This document shows positions 18,990 to 27,479 of a stretch of 64,000 nucleotides of DNA, in pieces (position 1 is the stretch's first letter; each line of letters opens with the position of its first letter). Where the stretch lies: assembly GCA_964393395.1 (NCBI GenBank), contig CAYMTQ010000003.1, forward strand, positions 2,671 through 66,670. Reading direction: 5' to 3'. This stretch comes from an uncultured Sangeribacter sp. (GTDB lineage Bacteria > Bacteroidota > Bacteroidia > Bacteroidales > Muribaculaceae). The position numbers and the translations under genes are program-made. The notes below the pieces were generated by a model, which worked only from the letters and a program-made list of their open reading frames with translations, had not been told where the DNA came from and made no database searches.

Positions 18990-19099
18990 GATCAGGTTCC
19001 GTTTCCTCCCTCCCCGAACCAACAATCAATTTTTTAACCGAATGTGCAGCTGACTAAAGTGTAAAAAAGATTACCGCTGCCAATCAAAACAATTAAAAA

Positions 19100-19450
19100 A
19101 TGCCCAGATCAGTAAATCACGTGGCTTCACGTGCCAAGAGAAAGAAAATCCTTAAGCTTACCCGCGGTTACTATGGAAGCCGTCGCAACGTGTGGACCGT
19201 CGCCAAGAATACTTGGGAGAAAGGTCTGACTTACGCTTATCGCGACCGCAAGCAGAAAAAGCGCAACTTCCGCGCTCTCTGGATCCAGCGTATCAATGCC
19301 GCAGCGCGTCAGGAAGAACTTTCCTACAGCAAGCTCATGGGTCTTATTCACAAGGCCGGCATCGAGATCAACCGCAAGGTGCTCGCTGACCTCGCAATGA
19401 ATCAGCCCGCAGCTTTCAAGGCTATCTGCGACAAAGTGAAGAACGCCTGA
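19100..19450 (+). CDS. rplT: 50S ribosomal protein L20
   Basis: [37 protein letters not shown]...[14 protein letters not shown], 116 aa. Confidence 0.97.
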   Translation: MPRSVNHVASRAKRKKILKLTRGYYGSRRNVWTVAKNTWEKGLTYAYRDRKQKKRNFRALWIQRINAAARQEELSYSKLMGLIHKAGIEINRKVLADLAMNQPAAFKAICDKVKNA

Positions 19451-19765
19451 AGCCATGAACATCTGAGTGGGTTTCTGTGTTATTCTGACAGAGACAACCC
19501 CACGGCGTCCCGGGAGCGGGAAGCCGTTTGATGAGACATCCACGCCAAAGTTCATTGGGAAACTCATCAAATCTTTAGAAATACCGAGACAAGTTGCAAT
19601 GTCAATGGCGTGCCCCCTTCTTCCTCTCCGGGGGAAGTTGCCGGCGGATTACAAAGATATTGTGACACTCAAATCCTGTCATTCGGAGTTTCGTCACAAT
19701 ACTTTGGTGTGGCCCTATACAGGCCGTCGTCCCTGATTTCCGGAACGACGGCCTGCTTTCGTAAA
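19451..19765 (+). ncRNA. Candidate structured non-coding RNA downstream of rplT (possibly the Bacteroidales-1 RNA motif)
   Basis: About 300 nt with no convincing ORF, ending in a 10-bp GC-rich hairpin terminator (19721-19754). The Bacteroidales-1 motif is described as frequently lying downstream of the L20 gene in Bacteroidales. I cannot compare against the consensus here. Confidence 0.3.
19721..19760 (+). terminator. Intrinsic terminator-like hairpin closing the rplT-downstream non-coding region
   Basis: AGGCCGTCGT (19721-19730) pairs with ACGACGGCCT (19745-19754), followed by GCTTTCG (a weak U-tract). Confidence 0.6.
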
Positions 19766-19869
19766 ATACCCGGAAGTCCGGACCTCCGAATTGTAGTCCG
19801 CGTAAATTAAATCAATTCCGGGACTGAAGTCAATCATACGAATTGAAATCCGATAAACCAATACCATAT

Positions 19870-20622
19870 ATGAAAGACGTTAAAGACACTCTTCTCGACC
19901 GCGTCAGCATCCGCCGTTATGAGCGCGAAGCTATTCCGCAAGAGACAATGGACTTTATCTATAAAGCCGTAGAGAACACACCTACTTCCTACAATGGCCA
20001 GCAGTTTTCGGTCATCGATATCGATGACCAGGCCCTCAAGGAAAAGCTTTATGAAATGACAAATCAGAAGCAGCTGAAAACCTGTAACCGTCTGTTGATT
20101 TTCTGCTCTGACTACAACAAGATCTCTCTTCTTGCGAAAGAGAAAGGTCTTCAGATGCCGGCAATCACGGATACGATGGATGGTGTCTGCATCGGCATAA
20201 TCGATGCTGCGCTGGCAATGATGAGTGCTGTCGTGGCCGCTGAATCATGCGGGCTCGGCTGCAACTGTGTCGGTTATCTCCGCACTGTGGATCCGGCTGC
20301 TCTTGCTGAATTGCTCCACCTCCCGAAAGGTGTGTTCGTAGTCTGCGGTCTTGCGCTCGGAATTCCCCGCGAACATCCAGATCACAAGCCGAAACAGCCG
20401 TCATCTCTTGTCTTCCACAAAAACCGCTATCGTGACGATGACCGGAAGATGGTCGATGAACTGAAAGATTATGACGAGGTCATCAAGGAGTATAACAGAA
20501 CACGTTCCGGTGCGACGACCGATAACGACTGGTGCGCGCACATCCTCGGATATTACGAGCATGCGCTCAGCTATCAGATCCTGAAGTATCTCCGTGATCA
20601 GGGTTACGAGATTACTCATTAA
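19870..20622 (+). CDS. Nitroreductase family protein (NfsA-like NAD(P)H-flavin oxidoreductase)
   Basis: RVSIRRYEREAIPQETMDFIYKAVENTPTSYNGQQFSVIDI is the typical nitroreductase N-terminal R-x-S-x-R-x-F/Y pattern. The first ATG is at 19870; the track start at 19843 is a TTG. Confidence 0.85.
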   Translation: MKDVKDTLLDRVSIRRYEREAIPQETMDFIYKAVENTPTSYNGQQFSVIDIDDQALKEKLYEMTNQKQLKTCNRLLIFCSDYNKISLLAKEKGLQMPAITDTMDGVCIGIIDAALAMMSAVVAAESCGLGCNCVGYLRTVDPAALAELLHLPKGVFVVCGLALGIPREHPDHKPKQPSSLVFHKNRYRDDDRKMVDELKDYDEVIKEYNRTRSGATTDNDWCAHILGYYEHALSYQILKYLRDQGYEITH

Positions 20623-20634
20623 TTCTCCCGAGGC

Positions 20635-21132
20635 ATGAGAAAAGTTTTCTTAACCTTTGTTCTATCGCTTCCGGTTCTTATGTGTTTTGCTGAAGAACCG
20701 GAAACGATGGATCCTAATGCGCGTGCGGAATCATCTTTCGTCACCGTGAAGACTACAAAAGCAGCCACGGAGAAGAATGCTGAGGATGTATTCTATCTCG
20801 GAATGCAGAAGTTTGACGAAGGGGATACCGATGGAGCGCTCAAGCTACTGACCGAGGCATCGGAAATGGGAAGCCGAGGCGCGCAGTTCAATCTTGCCCT
20901 GTTCTATCTTCAGGGTATGGGAGGATTTGAAAAGAATCCGGAGGAAGCGGCCAAATGGTTTGCAAAGGCAGCAGAAAACGGTGATGCTGAAGCACAGTAT
21001 CAGCTCGGAATGATGTATTACCGTGGAAAAGGTGTCGAAGCGAACCAGTCAAGAGCGATTGAATATCTGAAGCAGGCTCTCGCAAACGGCCACCAGAAGG
21101 CCGCAGGAATTCTGGAACAGATTGAACGCTGA
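20635..21132 (+). CDS. Secreted Sel1-repeat (SLR/TPR-like) protein
   Basis: A signal peptide is followed by repeats GSRGAQFNLALFYLQGMGGFEKNPEEAAKWFAKAAENGDAEAQYQLGMMYYRGKGVEANQSRAIEYLKQA, the Sel1 consensus. Confidence 0.88.
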   Translation: MRKVFLTFVLSLPVLMCFAEEPETMDPNARAESSFVTVKTTKAATEKNAEDVFYLGMQKFDEGDTDGALKLLTEASEMGSRGAQFNLALFYLQGMGGFEKNPEEAAKWFAKAAENGDAEAQYQLGMMYYRGKGVEANQSRAIEYLKQALANGHQKAAGILEQIER

Positions 21133-21261
21133 TTCCGAATTGAGTGCTGATTCAGGCTTATCTTTCAATACCTTTCTTGAGGGTGTGTCAAAATGATGGA
21201 ATCGTCGGATTGTAGGGACATTGCGTGCAATGAAAGAAATGTAACATGTTGACTACCAAAT

Positions 21262-21283
21262 CGGACATGGCAAGCCATGTCCG
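21262..21283. terminator. Perfect 9-bp palindromic hairpin between convergent genes (possible bidirectional terminator)
   Basis: CGGACATGG caag CCATGTCCG, flanked by AAAT and TACATTT. It lies between the Sel1 gene stop (21132) and the TPR gene stop (21382). Confidence 0.4.
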
Positions 21284-21351
21284 TACATTTGTTGCTCGCG
21301 TCAATTATTAAACATCCCCTTGAGCTATTTCAGCTATTGCGGGCGTTTTAG

Positions 21352-21404
21352 AATGTCACTTCATTTGCTTGATAGACAATGTCACTTCATTCGCTTCAAT
21401 AGAT
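21352..21404. repeat. Imperfect 26/27-nt tandem duplication spanning the stop codon of the TPR gene
   Basis: AATGTCACTTCATTTGCTTGATAGAC (21352-21377) and AATGTCACTTCATTCGCTTCAATAGAT (21378-21404). The second copy encodes the last residues ...LLKRMK* of the 696-aa protein. Confidence 0.85.
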
Positions 21405-23472
21405 TGTAGCTTTCCAGAACTCCGAGTTCCCCTGCTTTGCTGAGATCAGAGAAAGCAGCGCGTTTGTCTCCAGCCTGAAGCAATACCAGCCCGCGGTTGA
21501 AATAGGCTTCGCCGAATGATGGGTCAAGGCTGATGGCTGTGTCAAGACAGCGTTTTGCCTCTGCATAATCGCGCATGGTGTAGTGTATGATTCCTTTGTT
21601 GAACCATGCGTATACCATGCGCGGATTCAATTTTATCACAGTGTCGAAATCGGCCAGAGCGTCTGTTATATCACGCATTGAAGCTCTCCCAGCGAGCATG
21701 GCCTCGCCGGAAGTGGGATCTGAATTGTGTCCCGAAGCCGGGGTATTCTGAGAGCGGACGAAATGTACAGTGCCCCGTGCCATAAGAGCCGGTGTGAAGT
21801 CCGGTGACTCCGCGATAGCTGAATCAAAGTCGGATACAGCCGCATCATAATCACGCAGGACAGCATAGGCAACTCCTCGACCGAGACGTTCAGCCGGTGT
21901 GCCGCCGTTTTCCTTAATTTTTGAAGTCAATGTTTCACTTATCCTCATCAGCCGGTTGAATTCCGCTTCGCCGATAGAGCCTTTCGCAGGCGTGGATGAA
22001 AGATAGAGACGATCCGGAAGATAACCGCCGGTGTTGAAATCATCGAGTTCCCTGAAATAGTTCGATTGCTGTTGAAGCGACACCTGAGGGGCGATGAAGG
22101 TCAGCATATAAAGCGGAGAAGGGGAGATCTGGACAGTCCTGTCCTGAACGCGCCCCTTTATCCTGTCATTGAATGCAAGGGGTGTTGATTCATCCGCATT
22201 GTTGACAGTCACGAGCCGGTTGAATTTCTCCATAACTTCGTTCTCCGATTCCTCAGGTCCGGCATCGTTTCTGTCGAGTTTGTTTGTCTCGCCTGCCGCG
22301 ATTGCCGGCAGATCAAGAGGATGTCCTTTAGGATCACGGACATATCTGCGGACCATCTCGTCTGCCTTGGCGATGTTGCGCATGGCGCGGTCCATCTGTC
22401 CCAGATTCCGCTGTGCTTCCGCTATGGCATACCAGACCATGTAGAACTTGGGATAGCGGGCTGCGACCGATTCAAAATCCTTCAGCGCCTCACGGTTTCT
22501 CCCCGCTTCGAGATAAACCAGTCCGCGGTTGAAGAGAGCATGGAAATTAAGGGGTTCGAGAACAAGCACTTCCGAGAAGTCTGAAGCGGCATTGTTCAGA
22601 TCTTTGACCTCATATCGCAAGAGGGCCCGGTTGAACAGAGCGGGTTTGTAACGGGGATCGAGCTGAAGAGCGAAGTTGTAGTCTGAGAGAGCTCCGACAT
22701 AATCGTCGGCATTATAACGGATATAAGCACGGTTTACATAAAGCGACGGATCATCATGGTGCAGACGGACTGCCTCATCCATGTCGTCAGAAGCTTCTTT
22801 CCACTTATGGCGTTCGGCGTTTAGGCCGGCACGGAGCAGATAGGCATTCAGAAGGGTCGCGTTTAACCGCAATGCATGATCCAGATCCTCGAGCGCCCGG
22901 ACAGTGTCCCCTTCAAGAATTCTGAGCCGTGCTCTCGCTCCGAAACCCTCGTCGAATCTCGGATACATTCTGAGTAGACCGGAAAATGTGGAGTCCGCTT
23001 CCTGGAATCGCTTGAGATCCGTCTGTGCAACTGCCTTGTAAAAAAGGAAATATCGGTCTGTAGGGTTGTATTCAAGTCCTTTGTCATAGTCCGTAATCGC
23101 GAGAGAATCGCGACCCGACTGCTGACGGGCGAATCCCCGGACTTTATAGGCCTCTGTCTTGAACGGATTGCGTGACAGCGCTTCCGAACAGTCTGCTTCG
23201 GCCCCGGCATAATCATCGAGTTGCAGCTTCGCAATGCCGCGCAGATAGTATGGATCTGCAAGATAGGACTTGGCTTTGATTGCCTGATTGAAATATTGGA
23301 TCGCCAGCATATAATCCTCCATCGAGAGGACATTGCGTCCTATGTTGATCACCTGTTCGGCGTTTACCTGTGCAGAAACAGGACACGGGCCGAGGAGGGC
23401 AAGCAGGGAGAGCCCTGTCCCGATGAAGAAGCCTGGCTTCAGGTAGAAATTGAACTTTGGAATCCGTTTCAT
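21382..23472 (-). CDS. Secreted tetratricopeptide-repeat (TPR) protein
   Basis: 696 aa with a signal peptide (...LALLGPCPVSAQ). Many 34-aa TPR units are present (e.g. AIQYFNQAIKAKSYLADPYYLRGIAKLQLDDYAGA and AYFNRGLVLLQAGDKRAAFSDLSKAGELG). Confidence 0.88.
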   Translation of the reverse strand: MKRIPKFNFYLKPGFFIGTGLSLLALLGPCPVSAQVNAEQVINIGRNVLSMEDYMLAIQYFNQAIKAKSYLADPYYLRGIAKLQLDDYAGAEADCSEALSRNPFKTEAYKVRGFARQQSGRDSLAITDYDKGLEYNPTDRYFLFYKAVAQTDLKRFQEADSTFSGLLRMYPRFDEGFGARARLRILEGDTVRALEDLDHALRLNATLLNAYLLRAGLNAERHKWKEASDDMDEAVRLHHDDPSLYVNRAYIRYNADDYVGALSDYNFALQLDPRYKPALFNRALLRYEVKDLNNAASDFSEVLVLEPLNFHALFNRGLVYLEAGRNREALKDFESVAARYPKFYMVWYAIAEAQRNLGQMDRAMRNIAKADEMVRRYVRDPKGHPLDLPAIAAGETNKLDRNDAGPEESENEVMEKFNRLVTVNNADESTPLAFNDRIKGRVQDRTVQISPSPLYMLTFIAPQVSLQQQSNYFRELDDFNTGGYLPDRLYLSSTPAKGSIGEAEFNRLMRISETLTSKIKENGGTPAERLGRGVAYAVLRDYDAAVSDFDSAIAESPDFTPALMARGTVHFVRSQNTPASGHNSDPTSGEAMLAGRASMRDITDALADFDTVIKLNPRMVYAWFNKGIIHYTMRDYAEAKRCLDTAISLDPSFGEAYFNRGLVLLQAGDKRAAFSDLSKAGELGVLESYNLLKRMK

Positions 23473-23485
23473 TATGTCAGCGGTT

Positions 23486-23493
23486 CAAATTTA
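23486..23493 (-). promoter_or_regulatory. -7 promoter box TAAATTTG for the TPR gene
   Basis: The plus strand CAAATTTA is TAAATTTG on the minus strand, 13 nt upstream of the ATG (23472). Confidence 0.4.
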
Positions 23494-23607
23494 GTGATTT
23501 TTCGCGAAAACTGAAAACCGCAACCTATATAAATTGGTTAATCTAATAGATCGGTTCCTCTCGTGGAAGGGAGGAACCGAACGTTGAAAAACATACAACG
23601 AATCGTC

Positions 23608-24891
23608 ATGCAGAACACATCATCAAAAGAAAGAATACTGATTATCGGCGGAGGTTTCGCCGGACTCAACCTTGCGAAGAAACTTGACAAGAAACGTTTT
23701 GAGGTGATGGTGCTCGACAGGAACAACTATCACTCTTTCCCTCCTCTTTTTTATCAGATAGCATCATCCGGTCTCGACACATCCAATATTTCGTTCCCTT
23801 TCAGGCGTGAGTTCAAGAAACTGAAGAACGTGACCTATCACATGGGCCATGTCAAGAATATTGATCTCGAGGCAAAGACGGTGACATCCTCCTATGAGAC
23901 CATACCATACGACCGGCTTGTGATAGCAGCCGGAACGACCAATAACTTTTTCGGTATCCCGAATCTGGACCAGACTGTCTTCGGCATTAAAACGGCAGCC
24001 GAAGCGATGCACACGCGCGATGAGATTCTTGACCGACTCGAAAGAGGTGCTCTCGAGAAAGATCCGGTGAAGAGAAAGAAACTTCTGAGCTTCCTTGTCG
24101 TGGGGGGCGGTCCTTCGGGTGTGGAGATTGCAGGCGCGATCGGAGAGATGAAGCGCGACATTCTTCCGCGCGAGTATCCGGAACTTAACCAGGATGACCT
24201 GACGGTCACTCTTGTCGAGGGAGCAGGACGTTTGCTCGGAGCTATGGATGAAAAGTCTTCTGCAAAGGCTCTGCAATATCTGAAAGATCTGATGGTCGAC
24301 GTGCGGTTGAACACGCTGATGAAGTCATATGACGACAAGATCGTCACGTTCGCCGACGGACACACTGAATATTGGGAGACCGTGATCTGGACCGCCGGAG
24401 TTATGGGTGAGCCGATGCCCGGTTTCCCCAAGGAATGTGTCGGCCCCGGCAACAGAATTATATGTGACGAATTCAACCGTGTTGTCGGTCACGAAGAAGA
24501 TGTGATGGCAATAGGAGACATTGCCCTGATCAGAAGCGAGGAATATCCGAAAGGTCATCCGCAGATGGCCCAGCCTGCAATTCAGGAAGCGGTCAACCTC
24601 GCCAAGAACATGAACTGCGGAGAATTCCGGACTCCCTTCAAATATCATGATAAAGGCTCGATGGCGACTGTCGGCAAGAACCGTGCTGTCGCTGACCTGA
24701 AGAACTTTTCATTCTCCGGCATGATCGCGTGGTGGATGTGGATGGCGATACACCTCATCTCCATTCTCGGAATGCGCAACAAGCTGAATGTGATGCTGAA
24801 CTGGATATGGAACTACTTCACCTATTCGACTTCGCTCAGGTTGCTCTTGCGTCCGACTAAATATCCGCTCAGACGCCATTGGGGAGATTAA
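23608..24891 (+). CDS. ndh: Type II NADH:quinone oxidoreductase (NDH-2) / FAD-dependent pyridine nucleotide-disulfide oxidoreductase
   Basis: ILIIGGGFAGLNLAKKL (the first GxGxxG) and VVGGGPSGVEIAGA (the second dinucleotide fold), with a C-terminal membrane-anchoring helix. The first ATG is at 23608; the track start at 23563 is a GTG. Confidence 0.88.
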   Translation: MQNTSSKERILIIGGGFAGLNLAKKLDKKRFEVMVLDRNNYHSFPPLFYQIASSGLDTSNISFPFRREFKKLKNVTYHMGHVKNIDLEAKTVTSSYETIPYDRLVIAAGTTNNFFGIPNLDQTVFGIKTAAEAMHTRDEILDRLERGALEKDPVKRKKLLSFLVVGGGPSGVEIAGAIGEMKRDILPREYPELNQDDLTVTLVEGAGRLLGAMDEKSSAKALQYLKDLMVDVRLNTLMKSYDDKIVTFADGHTEYWETVIWTAGVMGEPMPGFPKECVGPGNRIICDEFNRVVGHEEDVMAIGDIALIRSEEYPKGHPQMAQPAIQEAVNLAKNMNCGEFRTPFKYHDKGSMATVGKNRAVADLKNFSFSGMIAWWMWMAIHLISILGMRNKLNVMLNWIWNYFTYSTSLRLLLRPTKYPLRRHWGD

Positions 24892-25010
24892 CCGTTTAGC
24901 TTCTGAGTCAGATCATCAGCTAAGAAGACAGATTGAGAATTGTGAAATAGTTTCACATCCAATGTGAAGATAGAATCACAGCTAAGGAGTTAGATCATAT
25001 CAGATTAAAA

Positions 25011-25898
25011 ATGAAAAACAAAATATTGTTATTGGGGATTGCTGCGGCTTTAGGTGTCGCAGCGTCTTCGTGTTCGGCTCTCGATAGCCTCTTCGGAAAG
25101 AAAATAGAAAAAGAAGCGGTGCTTCCTCAAGATAGGGAAGAGGTTGTCAGGCCGCAAAAACTTCCGCTTTACACATCTGCCGACATCGCACGCGGTGTGC
25201 TTGCAGGGGACTGGGCGATTGAAACCGTGAACGGAAAGCCTGCGGTTGGAGAGACCGCTCCTTATCTTCGTTTCGCGCCACAGGAAAAGCGGATGTACGG
25301 AAACAACGGATGTAACGTAATCAATGCCTCATATACCACCAACCCTGCAGATTCGACCCTACGGTTCTCGAATGTGATCTCGACAATGATGGCCTGTGGA
25401 AAAGAAGGAATCACGGACTATGAGATTAACGGGGCACTCGATGCGACACGATTTTACAGCTGGACCCTCGGAGAGAATGAGTATGTCGTCACTCTACTCA
25501 ACAATGACCGGACACCGGTCATGACGCTGATGCATCAGAATTTCGATTTCCTGAACGGAACATGGGATGTTGTCTTCATCGGAAGCAAGGCGATCTCAAA
25601 TCCCGACATGAAACTTGTGATCGATGTCGATGAGCAGCGTCTTCATGGAAACAGCGGATGCAATATCCTCAACGGAAAGTTCGAGACAGATATGGATGCA
25701 CCGAATTCAATCTCTTTCTCCGCTTTGGGAATGACGAGGATGGCTTGTCCCGATCAGGAAGATGAGATGCAGCTGATCGTTTCGCTTGAGGACACGTCTT
25801 CTGCGCGAATGATCTCTGCAGACACGGTTTATTTCTTCAATTCGTCGGGAGAACGCGTCCTTGTTCTGCGTCGCGCCGCCGATAATCAAAAACGATAG
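25011..25898 (+). CDS. Lipoprotein with two META (HslJ-like) domains
   Basis: Lipobox LGVAASSC. The motif is duplicated: MYGNNGCNVINASY...STMMAC and LHGNSGCNILNGKF...MTRMAC, as in HslJ/META domains. Confidence 0.82.
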   Translation: MKNKILLLGIAAALGVAASSCSALDSLFGKKIEKEAVLPQDREEVVRPQKLPLYTSADIARGVLAGDWAIETVNGKPAVGETAPYLRFAPQEKRMYGNNGCNVINASYTTNPADSTLRFSNVISTMMACGKEGITDYEINGALDATRFYSWTLGENEYVVTLLNNDRTPVMTLMHQNFDFLNGTWDVVFIGSKAISNPDMKLVIDVDEQRLHGNSGCNILNGKFETDMDAPNSISFSALGMTRMACPDQEDEMQLIVSLEDTSSARMISADTVYFFNSSGERVLVLRRAADNQKR

Positions 25899-25903
25899 GA
25901 GAT

Positions 25904-26338
25904 ATGAACGAAGTCAGGGTAGACAAATGGCTCTGGGCGATGCGTGTCTTCAAGACGCGCACGATTGCGACAGATGCCTGCAAAAAGGGCAGGGTGATGA
26001 TGGGCGGCACTCCGGTGAAGCCATCGCGTGCGATCAAGCCGGGCGATGTGATCGATGTGCGCAAACCCCCGATAACATACTCATTCCGGGTCAAAGCGCT
26101 GACCGGAAACCGTCTCGGAGCGAAGCTTGTGGAGAATTATCTGGAGAACATAACCCCGAAGTCGCAATATGATATTCTGGAAATGGCGAAGATCTCCGGA
26201 TTTGTTGATCGTCGAAAGGGGCTCGGCCGACCGACAAAACGCGATCAGCGCGATCTCTCCCGTTTCAAGGAAGACAGTTATACTGCCGATGAATTTTTCC
26301 TCGATTGGGAAGATGACGATGAAGAAGATGAGGGATAA
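25904..26338 (+). CDS. S4-domain RNA-binding protein, Hsp15-like, with an acidic tail
   Basis: VRVDKWLWAMRVFKTRTIATDACKKGRVMMGGTPVKPSRAIKPGDVIDV is an S4/Hsp15 alpha-L motif. The start is 5 nt after the META gene. Confidence 0.85.
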   Translation: MNEVRVDKWLWAMRVFKTRTIATDACKKGRVMMGGTPVKPSRAIKPGDVIDVRKPPITYSFRVKALTGNRLGAKLVENYLENITPKSQYDILEMAKISGFVDRRKGLGRPTKRDQRDLSRFKEDSYTADEFFLDWEDDDEEDEG

Positions 26339-26532
26339 AAGACTGTTCAAAAAAATTGGCGCCACCCGGACGGTTGTGCGAAATGTGACCGAATCTTGAG
26401 TGAGGTTAAAATATTTTAAAAGCTGAAACAGGTTTAAACTTTGGAAAAAACATCGGGTCTTATATCCAGAAATTAACGACAGACGGGTTGATGATTTCAA
26501 GTCGGATGCCTGTCTCCTAAAACAAGAAAAAC

Positions 26533-27159
26533 ATGAAGAAACTGATTTTTTCCTGCGCTGTAGCGCTCCTCTCTCTGACCGCATTTTCAGCCAACGCAGC
26601 AAACGATAAAGAGAACTGTCCTGAAAACTGCAAAAAGACAGAATGTGTCGGCAAAGATTGCAAAGCCAATGACTGCAAGGACAAGAAAGAATGCAGCAAG
26701 AAGAAATGCAAGAAGGGCAAAAAAGAATGTCGTGCAAAGAAAGGTTGTCAGGAAGCAACCAAGCAGTGCAATGCCAAGCAGGGCAAACAGTGTGGCAAGC
26801 GTGGCGGAAATCCCGCGTTCCGCGGAATCGAACTCACAGCCGAACAGCAGTCAAAGATTCAGGCACTCAATGCTGAGAGAAAGGCGGCAATCGACAAGAG
26901 CCGTGCAGAGCTCAACAAGGCCATTGCCAAGGATCGTGAGAAATACAATAACGAGGTCCGCAACATCCTGACAGAAGAGCAGAAGCTCACATACGACAAG
27001 AACCTCGCAGAGATGAAGGCTAAAAGAGAGGCCAAGATCACAGCCCGTGATGCCAAGAAATTCGAAAAGAATCTCTCACGCGATGCAAAGAAAGCAGGCA
27101 AGGGAATCAAAAAAGACGTGAAAAACGTGGAGGCAAAAGTAGCTGAAGAAGTGAAGTGA
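26533..27159 (+). CDS. Secreted Spy/CpxP-family-like protein (LTxxQ motifs) with an N-terminal Cys/Lys-rich domain
   Basis: A signal peptide is followed by 11 Cys in residues 29-87 (NCPENCKKTECVGKDCKANDCKDKKECSKKKCKKGKKECRAKKGCQEATKQCNAKQGKQC). A helical region follows with LTAEQQSKIQAL and LTEEQKLTYDKNL (LTxxQ). Confidence 0.6.
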   Translation: MKKLIFSCAVALLSLTAFSANAANDKENCPENCKKTECVGKDCKANDCKDKKECSKKKCKKGKKECRAKKGCQEATKQCNAKQGKQCGKRGGNPAFRGIELTAEQQSKIQALNAERKAAIDKSRAELNKAIAKDREKYNNEVRNILTEEQKLTYDKNLAEMKAKREAKITARDAKKFEKNLSRDAKKAGKGIKKDVKNVEAKVAEEVK

Positions 27160-27229
27160 AAATGTCCCGGCAGGTTATAGCTTAAAAGTATCCGATCGCA
27201 TAGGCGGGCTATAGCTTAAAAAGTATTAA

Positions 27230-27264
27230 AACGCACCGGCAGGTTAAACCCCGGTGCGTTTTTT
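27230..27264 (+). terminator. Rho-independent terminator after the Spy-like gene
   Basis: AACGCACCGG (27230-27239) pairs with CCGGTGCGTT (27251-27260), with an 11-nt loop and a T6 tract. Confidence 0.85.
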
Positions 27265-27332
27265 GTGTTATATATATGTGGTGATGTCGCACAGACTAAT
27301 ACCACATAATAAAACAAATATTCTATGCGACG

Positions 27333-27365
27333 AAACGGAGCGAGGCATGCGTGCCGGCTCCGTTT
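27333..27365. terminator. Second hairpin in the convergent spacer (possibly the pth terminator)
   Basis: AAACGGAGC (27333-27341) pairs with GCTCCGTTT (27357-27365). The loop contains the GGCA/TGCC sub-stem. It lies 115 nt downstream of the pth stop on the minus strand. Confidence 0.4.
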
Positions 27366-27479
27366 TCTCTGTTTATAACATTCTGACCACTTTTTCTCAG
27401 CCAGCATTTCGACGGTGTCTTAATGACCCGGTTCCTTGTCAGATGCGGCTGGTCTTGAGTGGTTATTAAGGACAAATGA

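Noticed and set aside
19467-19736. An 89-aa GTG-initiated ORF in the rplT-downstream spacer.
   Set aside because: It has no ATG, an odd composition and no motif. It also ends inside the terminator hairpin, so the region is better explained as non-coding RNA or a 3' UTR.
21221-21242. TGTAGGGACATTGCGTGCAATG, which resembles the small GC-rich palindromic repeats seen in intergenic DNA of many Bacteroidales.
   Set aside because: Only a 6-bp stem (CATTGC/GCAATG) is present and there is no second copy in the window. I cannot establish membership of a repeat family without the whole genome.
27216-27469. Two overlapping small ORFs (63 aa on the minus strand, 71 aa on the plus strand) between the Spy-like gene and pth.
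   Set aside because: They lie in a convergent spacer occupied by two terminator hairpins. They have no promoter box or signal and are mutually overlapping.
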